DNA of 64,000 bases from Antedon mediterranea (lineage: Eukaryota > Animalia > Echinodermata). Shown in pieces: positions 12,145-25,000 of this stretch (position 1 is the stretch's first letter; each line of letters begins with the position of its first letter). The DNA lies in the NCBI RefSeq assembly GCF_964355755.1, contig NC_092680.1, forward strand, positions 13,463,045-13,527,044, given 5' to 3'. The position numbers and the translations under genes are program-made. The notes under the pieces are model-generated. The model worked only from the letters and a program-made list of their open reading frames with translations. It was not told where the DNA came from and made no database searches.

Positions 12145-15100
12145 TCCTGACAATAACAAGAGGTTATCCGCCAAGTGCGGATAACCAAAAAAAGAAAAAA
12201 AATAAAAAAAAAAAGATCCTGACAATAACAAGAGGTTATCCGCCAAGTGCGGATAACCAAAAAAAAAAGATCCTGACAATAACAAGAGGTTATCCGCCAA
12301 GTGCGGATAACCAACTAGATTTGAACTCGTCACTACGGACGAGTTAGGTTATCCGCAGTGCAAAAGCCACGTGCACGTCATACGTTAGAATAGTGCGCGC
12401 AAAAAAATAAAACGATTATGGCATTGAAAAATGTTAGTGCGCTCTCTATGTTGCGTCGCGTCTAAGTATATACGGTATAACACTATATACTGTATACGTA
12501 CCGTACTACATACAGTGCAGAATAGGTGAAAATAAGTGACCACAGTTATTGACGCATTTGAACATGATGACGTCATCACAATTTTTAAAGTGGTGGATCA
12601 TGCGAAAGGTAATTGATTGATCTAGACAATATAAAAAAATTGAGTGAAATGGAATAAGGATAAGTAGAGATGCGCTCTATTAAATTGACGAGCTATGACG
12701 AAAGAGAAAAAAATCCTATATTTTATATTCGGGTGGCCATACGATGACGTCACAATGTCTGGTTAGCCATATCAATGCATGATTCGAGAAAAACAACTCA
12801 TCTACTTCCAGAATCTGAAATTTTAAATATTTTCACCTCGGAGTTTAGAATCTATGACTTTTTAAAAAAAGGCATAATTTTCACAAATTTTTGAACTTTT
12901 TCATCAAAAACGCGCGCAAATTGTTCAATTCTACGTGCTCGTATGACGTGATTTTAAGTCGAAATTGATTGAAAATTGGTAAATGTACTAGAAAAAGCTG
13001 AAAAAACAAAAATCAAGCAAAAAAAAGATGTTTTTGCGCTACGTGCGCACGCGCGCGTAAAAAATATGCGCACGCGTGGGAATTTTTGAAATGCTCACAA
13101 TGACCTGAAACGCGTAGAAAGTTGATTAGAAATGAATTTTTCGCAATTTGAAATTTTAAACGCGCGTGCGCGCGTAACTTTATGTCAAACATGCCATTTT
13201 TAATCCATAGAAAGTTTGCCCTTGATATGACTTAAATGTTCACCAAGTGTCATTACAAAATGACTTTTGCTTTTTAGTCTATGTTAAATACGCGAAATTC
13301 ATAAAATCGCGCGTAGCTTACGCTGCGCGACTCTAAAGTAAAAAAACGAGCTGTCCTGCACTTCTACACATAGAGGTAAATCTTCTGACAAAGTTATACG
13401 ATGTAATGTTGATCAGAATTTGAGATACACGTGACACAAAATTTTGGGAAAGAAAGAAGAATAACATAGAACTAGATTTGAACTCGTCACTACGGACGAG
13501 TTAGGTTATCCGCAGCGCAAAGGCCACGTGCACGTCATACGTTAAAATATTGCGCGCAGAAAAACGATTAAGTCATTGAAACAATTTCAGTGTGCTCTCT
13601 ATTTTTCGTCACGTCTGGGTATATACGGTATACACTATATACTGTATACGTACTACATACAGTGCAGAAAAGGTGAAAATAAGTGACCAAAGTTATTGAC
13701 GCTTTTGGACATGATGACGTCATCACAATTTTTAAACTAATGAATCATGCGAAAGATAATTGATTGACTTAGACAATATAAAGAAATGGAGGGCAATGGA
13801 ATACGGATAAGTGGAGATGCGCTCTATTAAATGTGATGAGCTATACAAAAGAGAAAAAAATCCTATATTTTATATTTGAGTGGCCATACGATGACGTCAC
13901 AATGTCCAGTTAGCTATATTGATGAATGATTCAATATCTACAACTCATCTACTTCCACATTATGTAATTTAAAAAAAGTTCACCACGTAGTTTAGAATCT
14001 ATGACTTTTTAAAAAAAGGCATAATTTTCACGAATTTTTGAACTTTTTCATCAAAAACGCGAGCAAATTGTTCAATTCTACGTGCTCGTATGACGTGATT
14101 TTAAGTCAAAATCCATTGAAAATTGGTAAATTTACTAGAAAAAGCTGAAAAAACAAAAATCAAGCAAAAAAAATTTGTTTTTGCGCTACGTGCGCACGCG
14201 CGCGTAAAAAAATGCGCGCTGTTGGGAATTTTTGAAATGCTCAAAATGACCTGAAACGCGTAGAAAGTTGATTAGAAATTGATTTTTCGCAATTTGAAAT
14301 TTTAAACGCGCGTGCGCGCGTAACTTTTTGTGCAACCTGTCATTTTTAATCTACAGAAAGTTTGCGCTTTTTATGACTTCAATTTTCACCAAGTTTCAAT
14401 ACCAAATGACTTTTGGTTTTTAATCTATGATCAATATTTAAATTTCATAAAATCGCGCGTAACTTACGCTGCGCAACTCGAAATTTGAAAAAAAAAGTTT
14501 CTTGCACATCTACAGATATAGGGCAATCTTTTGACAAAGTTATACAATCTTCTGTTGGCTAGAATTAGAGATACGCTGCCCACAAAAAATGGGAGAGAAG
14601 TGTGGAAAGAAAGAAATAAATACTAGACTTGAACTCGTCACTTCGGACGAGTTAGGTTATCCGCAGCGCAAACGCCACGTGCACGTCGTACGTTAGAATA
14701 TTGCGCGCAAAAAAACGATTATGCCATTGAAAAAATGTTATTGCGCTCTCTATTTTGTGTCACGTCAAAGTATATACGGTATACACTATATACTGTATAC
14801 GTACTACATACAGAGCAGAATAGGTGAAAATAAGGGACCCAAGTTATTGACGCTTTTGGACATGATGACGTCATCACAATTTAAAAAATGGTAGATTATG
14901 CTAAAGATAATTGATTGGCCTAGACAATATAAAAAAATGGAGGGCAATGGAATACGGATAAGTGGAGATGCGCTCTATTAAATGTGATGAGCTATGCGAA
15001 AGAGACAAAAATCCTATATTTTATATTCGAGTGGCCATACGATGACGTCATAAGGTCCGGTTAGCCATATCGATGCATGATTCGAAATCTACAATTAATT

Positions 15101-16279
15101 ATCTTCAAGAATATGTAATTTTAAAAAAGTTCACCACGTAGTTTACAATCTATGACTGTTTTAAAAAAGGCATAATTTTGACGAATTTTTTACCTTTTTC
15201 ATCAAAAACGCGCGCAAATTGTTCAATTCTACGTGCTCGTATGACGTGATTTTAAGTCGAAATTGATTGAAAATTGGTAAATTTACTAGAAAAAGCTGAG
15301 AAAACAAAAATCAAGCAAAAAAAAGATGTTTTTGCGCTAAGTGCGCACGCGCGCGTAAAAAAACTGCGCACGCGTGGGAATTTTTGAAATGCTCAAACTG
15401 ACCTGAAACGCGTAGAAAGTTGTTTAGAAATTGATTTTACGCATTTTGAAATTTTAAACGCTCGTGCGCGCGTAACTTTTTATGAAACATGCCATTTTTA
15501 ATCCATAGAAAGTTTGCGCATGATATGACTTAAATTTTCACTAAGTTTCAATGCAAAATGACTTTTGGTTTTTAATCTATGATCAATCATTGAAATTCAT
15601 AAAATCGCGCGTAACTTACGCTGCGCTACTCCGTAATCGTCCAAAAGCTTGGCTGCACATCTACAGCTATAGGTCAATCTTATGACAAAGTTATACAATC
15701 TTATGTGGGCCAGAAGATAGAGATACGCTGTGGACAAAATTCTGGGAAAGAAAGAAGAATAAGATAGAAGAAAAAAAAAAAAAAGATCCTGACAATAACA
15801 AGAGGTTATCCGCCAAGTGCGGATAACCAACTAGATTTGAACTCGTCACTACGGACGAGTTAGGTTATCCGCAGCGCAAACGCCACGCGCACGTCATACG
15901 TTAGAATATTGCGCGCAGAAAAATGATTATGCCATCCATTGAAAAAATGTTAATGCGCTCTCTACTTTTATGGTGAAAGTGTGGTGAATTGTGTCTGGGC
16001 CTACAGCATTTATGTTACTTTTGGCGACGATTGCGTGCCATATTAGTAAAGAACAACGTGGTTACACCTCCATGTTGGATTTGTAATATTATAGCCTAGT
16101 ATTGCTCCCGATATTGCTTTGCAATTTTATATTGTTAAAACGAACATATAGCCTATATTAAAAAAGTTTAAACACAATTGTGTTAAATATAATAGTTAGA
16201 AATAGGTAAGATATATTTTGATTAATTTGGATTGTTAATTTGTAATATTTAATTGTTTTTGTGTTTGCCATCAAAATGA

Positions 16280-16625
16280 AATGGCCTAGCCTAGGCTAGG
16301 GGCCTAGCTAGGCTAGGCCTATCCGTATCCCGGATTACCTCTTCAGGAAGGCCTAGACCTAGCCTAGGTTTAGTTGTACAGTACTGTAGTAGAGGCATAA
16401 TGACGCTAGCCTAGTTCCATTTTGCATCTGGCTTATAACTATATATTAATTCCTAATTTGTTAACAAACTTTATCTTGAATACCATGCCTTAAAATTAAA
16501 CACCGGTATAATATAGCCTACTCTACTTAGGCCTAGCATTGTTATGTTAGCAAGCTGAGTCTGCTTTGCGAAGTTCTCTTCTATGCCTACTAGCCTAGGC
16601 CTCCTAGGTAGGGGCTAGGCCTAGT
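16280..16625. repeat. Low-complexity AGGCCT/CTAG-rich patch
   Basis: Dense GGCCTAGCCTAGGCTAGG-type palindromic words. Confidence 0.7.
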
Positions 16626-16784
16626 TTTTAGTTGTATAAGTTCCTAAAGAGTTGGAAGAGATACATGTACAGTAATAACATTATTGTTTCTACAGTACTT
16701 CATAATCTCTAGAATATCGTAAATAGTGAACATAAAATAAATAATTTGTAGAGATGATTTATGGTCTCATGATTGGGAGTGCAG

Positions 16785-19700
16785 TGTTGCCTGTTATTTT
16801 GTAGGCATTTACTATTATGAAACATTTACATAATTCAGATTTTATTGTTTGTGATCAAACTATTAAATGAAATTACCATTGAGACATCATGTAGGCACCA
16901 ATTAGCTGGCCCATAACCAAAGTCATTTTCATTTTCTAATTTTTCAGACATTGATTAAGAAGCTTGTTGATTTGGAAAAAGTGTTAATGTTGTTTATTGC
17001 CATTATCAATGTTTTTCCTTGTATTTTTTAGATTGTAATTGTTTTTTATTAACAGAAGATTTACAGTTTCAGCTACAGCTGTGAGTATTAGTAGGGCAAT
17101 TCCACAATTTTTTTTGGGATTTTGAAAATTTTCAACTTTTAGCAGTCTTAACATGTTTGATATCAAACTAAAGCTAATGTTATATACTTTCAGGATATTT
17201 AAGTGGTAAAAAAAAAAAGAGATATATACAGACATATTTCCATTTAAAATAATGATATTTAGAAACTTAAAAAATAAAACAATATGAGGTTTACTTAAAT
17301 CCCATAACAGACAACTAAATCCTAATTTATACATGTCATTTCTTTTTAGAATTAAAGAACTAAATATATTGTTTGAGATTTTGTTTAAAAAAATTGAATT
17401 AATCAACATAGAAATATTAAGGAGGGGCCAACATAATTATTAATAAGTTTGTCGGGTTGTTACCAAAAAACATTTTTTTAATTTAAGAACCATGTACCTT
17501 CTTGACAATTATAATATTTTCCAAACTATTAAAAATTATAGCTTTACATACACTCATAAGGTTACTTTTTTTTTAAACCTTATTTTTACATTTTTATATG
17601 ATATTAAAAAGTGTCTGGTTGTTACCGAGGCTTTAAAATCAATAATCAAAATATATAGTATATAGTTTTAAAAAATTGAATTAATCAACATAGAAATATT
17701 AGATAGGGGCCAACATTTATTAATGATTTTGTCGGGTTGTTACCGAAAAACAACATTTATTTTTAAATTTAAGAACCATGCACCTTCTTGACAATTATAA
17801 TATTTTCCAAACTATTAAAAATTATAATTTTACATATACTCATGAAAAAATGTTAATGTTGTTTATTGCCATTATCAATGTTTTGCTTTGTTTTTTTTTA
17901 GATTGTAGAAAATATACAGTTTTAGCTACAGCTGTGAGTATTAGTAGATTATCTGTTAAACAGAGAAAACATATTTTCCTTACTTTGTGAACTGTTGCCT
18001 GCCCTAATCAGCCGTTTCATACCCAAAGTCATTTTGAGGAAATTTCTTAATTTTTCAGACATTGATTAAGAAGCGTGTTGATTTGGAAAAAGTGTTAATG
18101 TTGTTTATTACCATTATCAATGTTTTTCCTTGTTTTTTTTAGATTGTAGAAAATATAGAGTTTCAGCTACAGCTGTGAGTATCAGTAGATTATCTGTTAA
18201 ACGGAGAAAACATATTTTCCTTACTTTGTGAACTGTTGCCTGCCCTAATCAGCCGTCTCATACCCAAAGTCATTTTGAGGAAATTTCTTAATTTTTCAGA
18301 CATTGATTAAGAAGCTTGTTGATTTGGAAAAAGTGTTAATGTTGTTTATTACCATTATCAATGTTTTTTCTTGTTTTTTTTTAGATTGTAGAAAATATAC
18401 AGTTTCAGCTACAGCTGTGAGTATTAGTAGATTATCTGTTAAACGGAGAAAACATATTTTCCTTACTTTGTGAACTGTTGCCTGTTATTTTTCAGACATT
18501 GATTAAGAAGCTTGTTGATTTGGAAAAAGTGTTAATGTTGTTTATTGCCATTATCGATGTTTTTCCTTGTATTTTTTAGATTGTTATTGTTTTTTATTAA
18601 CAGAAGATTTACAGTTTCAGCTACAGCTGTGAGTATTAGTAGGGCAATTCCACAATTTTTTTTGGGATTTTGAAAATTTTCAACTTTTAGCAGTCTTAAC
18701 ATGTTTGATATCAAACTAAAGCTAATGTTATATACTTTCAGGATATTTAAGTGGTAAAAAAAAAAGAGATATATACAGACATATTTCCATTTAAAATAAT
18801 GATATTTAGAAACTTAAAAAATAAAACAATATGAGGTTTACTTAAATCCTATAACAGACAACTAAATCCTAATTTATACATGTCATTTCTTTTTAGAATT
18901 AAAGAACTAAATATATTGTTTGAGATTTTGTTTAAAAAATTGAATTAATCAACATAGAAATATTAAGGAGGGGCCAACATAATTATTAATAAGTTTGTCG
19001 GGTTGTTACCAAAAAACATTTTTTTAATTTAAGAACCATGTACCTTCTTGACAATTATAATATTTTCCAAACTATTAAAAATTATAGCTTTACATACACT
19101 CATAAGGTTACTTTTTTTTTAACCTTATTTTTACATTTTTATATGATATTAAAAAGTGTCTGGTTGTTACCGAGTTGGTCACAGACTGACATGTCAGTCT
19201 GTGACCAGTGTTATTACAGTAAGCTAAACCAACATTTTTACAGTAAAATTTATTTCAATATGCTTTAAAATCAATAATCAAAATATATAGTATATAGTTT
19301 TAAAAAATTGAATTAATCAACATAGAAATATTAGATAGGGGCCAACATATATTAATGATTTTGTCGGGTTGTTACCGAAAAACAACATTTATTTTTAAAT
19401 TTAAGAACCATGCACCTTCTTGACAATTATAATATTTTCCAAACTATTAAAAATTATAGTTTTACATATACTCATGAAAAAATGTTAATGTTGTTTATTG
19501 CCATTATCAATGTTTTGCCTTGTTTTTTTTAGATTGTAGAAAATATACAGTTTTAGCTACAGCTGTGAGTATTAGTAGATTATCTGTTAAACAGAGAAAA
19601 CATATTTTCCTTACTTTGTGAACTGTTGCCTGCCCTAATCAGCCGTTTCATACCCAAAGTCATTTTGAGGAAATTTCTTAATTTTTCAGACATTGATTAA

Positions 19701-21046
19701 GAAGCGTGTTGATTTGGAAAAAGTGTTAATGTTGTTTATTACCATTATCAATGTTTTTCCTTGTTTTTTTTAGATTGTAGAAAATATAGAGTTTCAGCTA
19801 CAGCTGTGAGTATTAGTAGATTATCTGTTAAACGGAGAAAACATATTTTCCTTACTTTGTGAACTGTTGCCTGTTATTTTGTAGACATTTTGTATTATGA
19901 AACATTTACATAATTCAGATTTTATTGTTTGTGATCAAACAATTAAATGAAATTACCATTGAGAAAACATGTAGGCCGCAATCAGCCGGCCCATACCCAA
20001 AGTCATTTTGAGGAAATTTCTTAATTTTTCAGACATTGATTAAGAAGCATGTTGATTTGGAAAAAGTGTTTATGTTGTTTATTGCCATTATTAATGTTTT
20101 TACTTGTATTTTTTAGATTGTAGAAAATATAGGCCTACAGTTTCAGCTACAGCTGTGAGTATTAGTAGATTATCTGTTAAACGGAAAAAACATATTTTCC
20201 TTACTTTGTGAACTGTTGCCTGTTATTTTGTAGGCTTTTTCTATTATGAAACATTTACATAATTCAGGTTTTATTGTTTGTGATTAAAATATTAAATGAA
20301 ATTAACATTGAGACAACACCCAAATACCCAGTCATTTTGAGGAAATTTCTTAATTTTTTAGACATTGATTAAGAAGCATGTTGATTTGGAAAAAGTGTTT
20401 ATGTTGTTTATTGCCATTATTAATGTTTTTACTTGTATTTTTTAGATTGTAGAATATATAGGCCTACAGTGTCAGCTACAGCTGTGAGTATTAGTAGATT
20501 ATCTGTTAAACGGAGAAAACATATTTTCCTTACTTTGTGAACTGTTGCCTGTTATTTTGTAGGCTTTTTCTATTATGAAACATTTACATAATTCAGATTT
20601 TATTGTTTGTGATTAAAATATTAAATGAAATTAACATTGAGACAACACCCAAATACCCAGTCATTTTGAGGAAATTTCTTAATTTTTTAGACATTGATTA
20701 AGAAGCATGTTGATTTGGAAAAAGTGTTTATGTTGTTTATTACCATCATTAATGTTTTTCCTTGTTTTTTTTTAGATTGAAGAAAATATTCAGTTTCAGC
20801 TACAGCTGTGAGTATTAGTAGATTATCTGTTAAACGGAGAAAACATATTTTCCTTACTTTGTGAACTGTTGCCTGTTATTTTGTAGGCATTTTCTATTAT
20901 GAAACATTTACATAATTCAGATTTTATTGTTTGTGAATATTAAATGAAGTTAGCATTGAGACTACATGTAGGCCCTAATCAGCCGTCTCATACCCAAAGT
21001 CATTTTGAGGAAATTTATTAATTTTTCAGACATTGATTAAGAAGCA
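16785..21046 (+). repeat. Complex internal tandem repeat of the autonomous element (~240-350 bp modules plus a ~1.55 kb higher-order duplication)
   Basis: CAGCTACAGCTGTGAGTAT occurs ten times. Segment ~16940-18240 is duplicated at ~18488-19870; the ORF track shows the matching spurious peptides at 16984/18532 and 17778/19038. Confidence 0.85.
19176..19207. repeat. Perfect 32-bp palindrome
   Basis: TGGTCACAGACTGACA|TGTCAGTCTGTGACCA. Confidence 0.95.
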
Positions 21047-21607
21047 ATTACACCCCTTGATACAGTTAATATCAAGATGTGATAAAACAAATACATTACA
21101 AATTGTTAAAAATGCAAAATAAAGTTTACATCATTTAAAATCGGTAAAATCTACTACAGCTACCATGAAATGTGTTATACAGTATTTTGTGTATTATGAG
21201 TGTGCTGCCAATTAATCATTATTAATTTTACATGATACCTATGACAGGGCCTTATTAAAAAAAATACATTAGTTTTTGTAGTTTATTTTAACCTATAAAA
21301 AAAATTGGGTTATGTAAAAGATACCAACTAGAATCATATAGTTTGGACTACATTATTTTCAAGTTATGACTCACAACATAGTATGTTTCTTTGATCTATC
21401 ATCTCTAACTACTAATGAGTTTAATTAAGCGATTAAATCGCACAAAGATTGTGAAGTGAATGATTATATCATGCGTATTACAATTATGCTGCTTGAGCAT
21501 GCTTACTAATACTATGCAAGAATTTTCTCTTATAAGTCATGGGGTAGAAAAAATATATAACATTATTAATAATTTTTCTTTCTCTTTTATTGCAGAGTTT
21601 TGAAGAA

Positions 21608-21687
21608 TTAATCCGCTGGGTCTCAGAAGAGACCCGGATCTCCGAAAGAGATCCTGCTCTCCGAAAGAGAGTACCAACGAGGATTAA
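21608..21687 (+). other. Putative structured RNA/ssDNA element: three tandem hairpins inside a closing stem
   Basis: TTAATCC..GGATTAA encloses GGGTCTC-AGAA-GAGACCC, GGATCTC-CGAAA-GAGATCC and TGCTCTC-CGAAA-GAGAGTA. Confidence 0.7.
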
Positions 21688-21819
21688 CCGATTATAAGTA
21701 TTCCATATCAGCAACAACGAAAGCAAATTTAAAGCAAAATCTCCACTGGATGAATTATTTTAAGTAAAATCTCCACTGGATGAATAAAACGAAATCTCAA
21801 ATCTTTTTATAGACAGCAG

Positions 21820-21868
21820 TCTATTATCTATCTATCTATCTAAATCTATCTATCTTTCTATTATCTAT
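21820..21868. repeat. Imperfect (CTAT)n microsatellite
   Basis: ctattatctatctatctatctaaatctatctatct. Confidence 0.7.
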
Positions 21869-22069
21869 AGAAACTTTATCAAGGCTTTTGCAGAACCAAA
21901 AAAGTTAGGCGTAGTGAATATAAACATTAGTTGTCTCGAAACACAATTTGGAAAGATAAATATAAGTTTAGCAGGAAAAAAAACATATTTCTATAAAGTA
22001 ATTACGAAGTAGAATACATCAATTGTATAGAATTTGAAAACAATTTCTGGATTTGATTAACCATACATA

Positions 22070-25000
22070 ATGGATACACTATTAATAACCTTTATTATTG
22101 GTATGTTGTTTTTAATGATGTTCTTAATGTTATGGTGCTTTTTTAAGAATAATAAAGAAAATACAAATAAAGAGTACAATAATGTCAATACAGCTGGTAA
22201 TGTTGATAGTGGTATTATAGATACAACAGAATTTGAAACAGTCATTGATGAAATCTTGGACCTACTTGACCAATGTTGCTTATCTAAGAATGTCAAAGAC
22301 ATGAGCACTATAAAACTGGAAAATGATGATACATGTAATGTCGATTGTGAAGTTATCAAAGATACAACGGAATTTAAAGAAATAATTGATGATATCATAA
22401 ACATATTATCTTATGGTACAGAGGTCGCTTCAGAGTTTGATGATACATGCGATTTGTGTAGTATTGAAGTGAAAGCAGACGACAATTGCATAACATGTGA
22501 CTGTTGTAGTCAATATTTTCATGTGAAATGTGTAAGAGATGTTTTTGAAGACAAACTATGTGATTCCAGAGTAATTTGGATTTGTTCAATGTGTGGGTAT
22601 AGTAATTTTGTTGATAACATATTGGGTGAAATAGGTATTCCCTGTCATTTCAATAGATATACGATTCTAGAACCTGATGAATCTGACACTGCAGACTTAA
22701 AAAAAAATAAGGAAAAACGTAATAATGCCAAATTAAAAAAATGTCAAACAGGAAGTGAAGATTTACTTGGTAGTGATTGGATAAGGGTAAAATCAAAGAA
22801 AAGAACCGACAACAGAAAAAAAAGATGTAAAAAAAGAGGAAATAAGAAAAGGAGAAAGCGCGTTATAAATGGTATAAGTATAGAACCAGGTGTAAAATAT
22901 ATTGGCAAAGGTGTAAAAGATTTCTATGAAAGACGAAATAATAACAAAATGGAATGGAATATGAATACAAATACTTACAGAGAATACAACAAAGAAAATG
23001 CTAAAACGAATGTATTGGGAAATTCACAGACAATAATTGACGACAGTGGTAGGCCTATGTGTGATGTTTTGAAAAATACCAAAGTAACAAACGGAATACA
23101 ACAACAATCAGGTGGTGGTTCGAAACGTTTACGAAATAACAAGGGTCGTTTTGTCAAAACTAAGAAGATTGATAACAAAAAAGCACAAGGTAATGTGAAT
23201 TTAAAGAATGATTGCGATACTATGAAAGATATAAAGAACATGGGTAATAATGACAATTCTGAAACGAAAACTGACATGGATTTTAAAATGGAATGTACTG
23301 TAGAAAACGACAACACAGCGACTGACGATGCGAAAGCACAAAATAATAGCAAAATGAATGACAGAAGTAGAATAATTGATAGTAATGGTACAGATCATAA
23401 AAATCAAACATGTGCAAGTTGTGAATTTGAGGAAAATGAAGTATTGATAATTGATGACGGATGCAAAAAAGCAGTGACTGAAAAAATTAGGTCCCATACT
23501 AAATCTAAATGTGACCAACATACAATCGATGTGGATATTGAAGTTTTAACAAAAAATGATTTTTCGGAAGAATTGATAATCGATGATGTAACAAAACAAA
23601 AAAATACACGAAAAAGGCAGAAAACACAATCAATAAATGAATTACAAGTATATAATAGTAATGAAAATATAACTGTAGCACAGGGTAATTTTAATCAAGG
23701 GAATTATAGATTTGGCTTTGCAAGTGGTAAACAGTGTGTTGCAAATAGTCTTGTAGCTATTCTTTATTCTACAAAGAGGAATGGAAATGAATTTTACACC
23801 AAAGACCTTGATACAATATTGACTCTTGGAAACGAGTTGTACCGTTACATTCAGAAAGATTCCACTATGCACGAGGACCTTTTAATGATTTCTGAACTGC
23901 CGAAAGAATTGGATATCTTGGATAACACATTTGTAATATCTCCCAAAGAATCAGTTTTTGGCATAATAGATGGAAATCTCGAATTTATGGCTGAATATGG
24001 AGCCTTGTCATTAAACCAAGCTCTTGAACAAGAATTACACCAACATGATGCATTTTTTATGAATTTCAACAGAAGCACATTTTCTATTATCAAACGTGTA
24101 AATGGATTTCTTATATTTGATCCACATGCAAGAGATCGATTTGGTTGTGTTAGTGAACATGGAAAGAGTATTTTACTTTACAGTCCATCTTGGCAAGGTG
24201 TGTACGATTATTGTATAAGATTAGCAAGGTCAATGAACTGTAATTTACATGAAACCGAGTTTGAACTGACTGGTGTAAATATTGAAAATAAGTCTATGAT
24301 GTTATGTTCCGCTTCTGTGCTCGATGATAATTGTGAACAAAGAAACTTGGGAAACGTTGACGTTGATGAACCTAGTACGTCTTATCAGTATAAATGTAGT
24401 ACAAGATTACCAGACAAGAATATTGATTCTAACGTTAAAGGCAAAACACATAATAAAGAAGGTCATGTCTCATCAAGTAATGGATGGCAAAGTGATAGTG
24501 ATATTGAAATTGTTAATGTTCAGTATGCAGAAAGACCTGACAAGAATTTTAAATTTATTCCTACCTCAGAAGCACAAAAGAAAAACATGTGTAATGAAGT
24601 AGGTATTCATTGTGAACATACCGATATGAATTGTGGTATTAACAGAGCTAGTCAGATTGGACATCCTCTTCAAATTACGAATATTACAGGTGATGGTAAT
24701 TGTTTTTATCGTGCAATTTCATACATTATTTCTGGTACTGAAGATAATCATTTACTTTTAAGAAGAGCAATTACTAATCATTTATTGGAGACTGGTGACT
24801 TGTTTATTAATACATTTAGTCACGAATATAGATCAGTTAAGGAATATGTGTTTAAAAAAAGAGTAATGGATAATGGAACGTGGGCATCCAATACTGAAAT
24901 AAGTGCAATGGCAAACTTGCTTAATACAGATATTTATTCATTTAATGATCAACTTTTGACGTGGCAATTGTTTTCTGCTAAAAAGCCGGGAAGAATAGAT

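Larger units (their letters stand above)
1..15830 (-). mobile_element. Head-to-tail/nested array of non-autonomous Helentron elements (HINE-like), subfamily A, ~1.15-1.25 kb units
   Basis: Unit left ends (CTAG) at 174, 1401, 2554, 3810, 5007, 6176, 7337, 8606, 9819, 10966, 12315, 13472 and 14623, plus a partial unit at 1-173. Same termini as the autonomous element and no credible coding capacity. Confidence 0.9.

Noticed and set aside
12143-12313. Three short palindromic direct repeats resembling a CRISPR array
   Set aside because: The spacers are A-tracts, there are no cas genes, and the repeats are stacked element termini.
1141-15830. Many 60-120 aa ORFs in the array (MKFIKSRVTYAAR.., MVIRTWRIT.., poly-F/poly-K), also at 34426-63951
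   Set aside because: They recur only because the DNA is repeated, mostly use non-ATG starts, translate A-tracts and termini, and are broken at different places in sister copies.
174-15830. Integron-like cassette array or simple satellite
   Set aside because: There is no tyrosine recombinase and no cassette ORFs. The units have transposon termini shared with the RepHel element and are heterogeneous and nested rather than homogenised.
16280-16625. Host taxon assignment from AGGCCTAG-rich sequence (reminiscent of some marine invertebrate genomes)
   Set aside because: An impression only; it cannot be supported without a database search.
16984-19268. ORFs of 60-141 aa in the leader repeat
   Set aside because: Low-complexity AT-rich translations that are not preserved between the duplicated copies.
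21595-21730. Hammerhead ribozyme or tRNA at the triple hairpin
   Set aside because: There is no CUGANGA core correctly placed with GAAA and a cleavage triplet, and no D/T-loop consensus; kept only as an unclassified structure.
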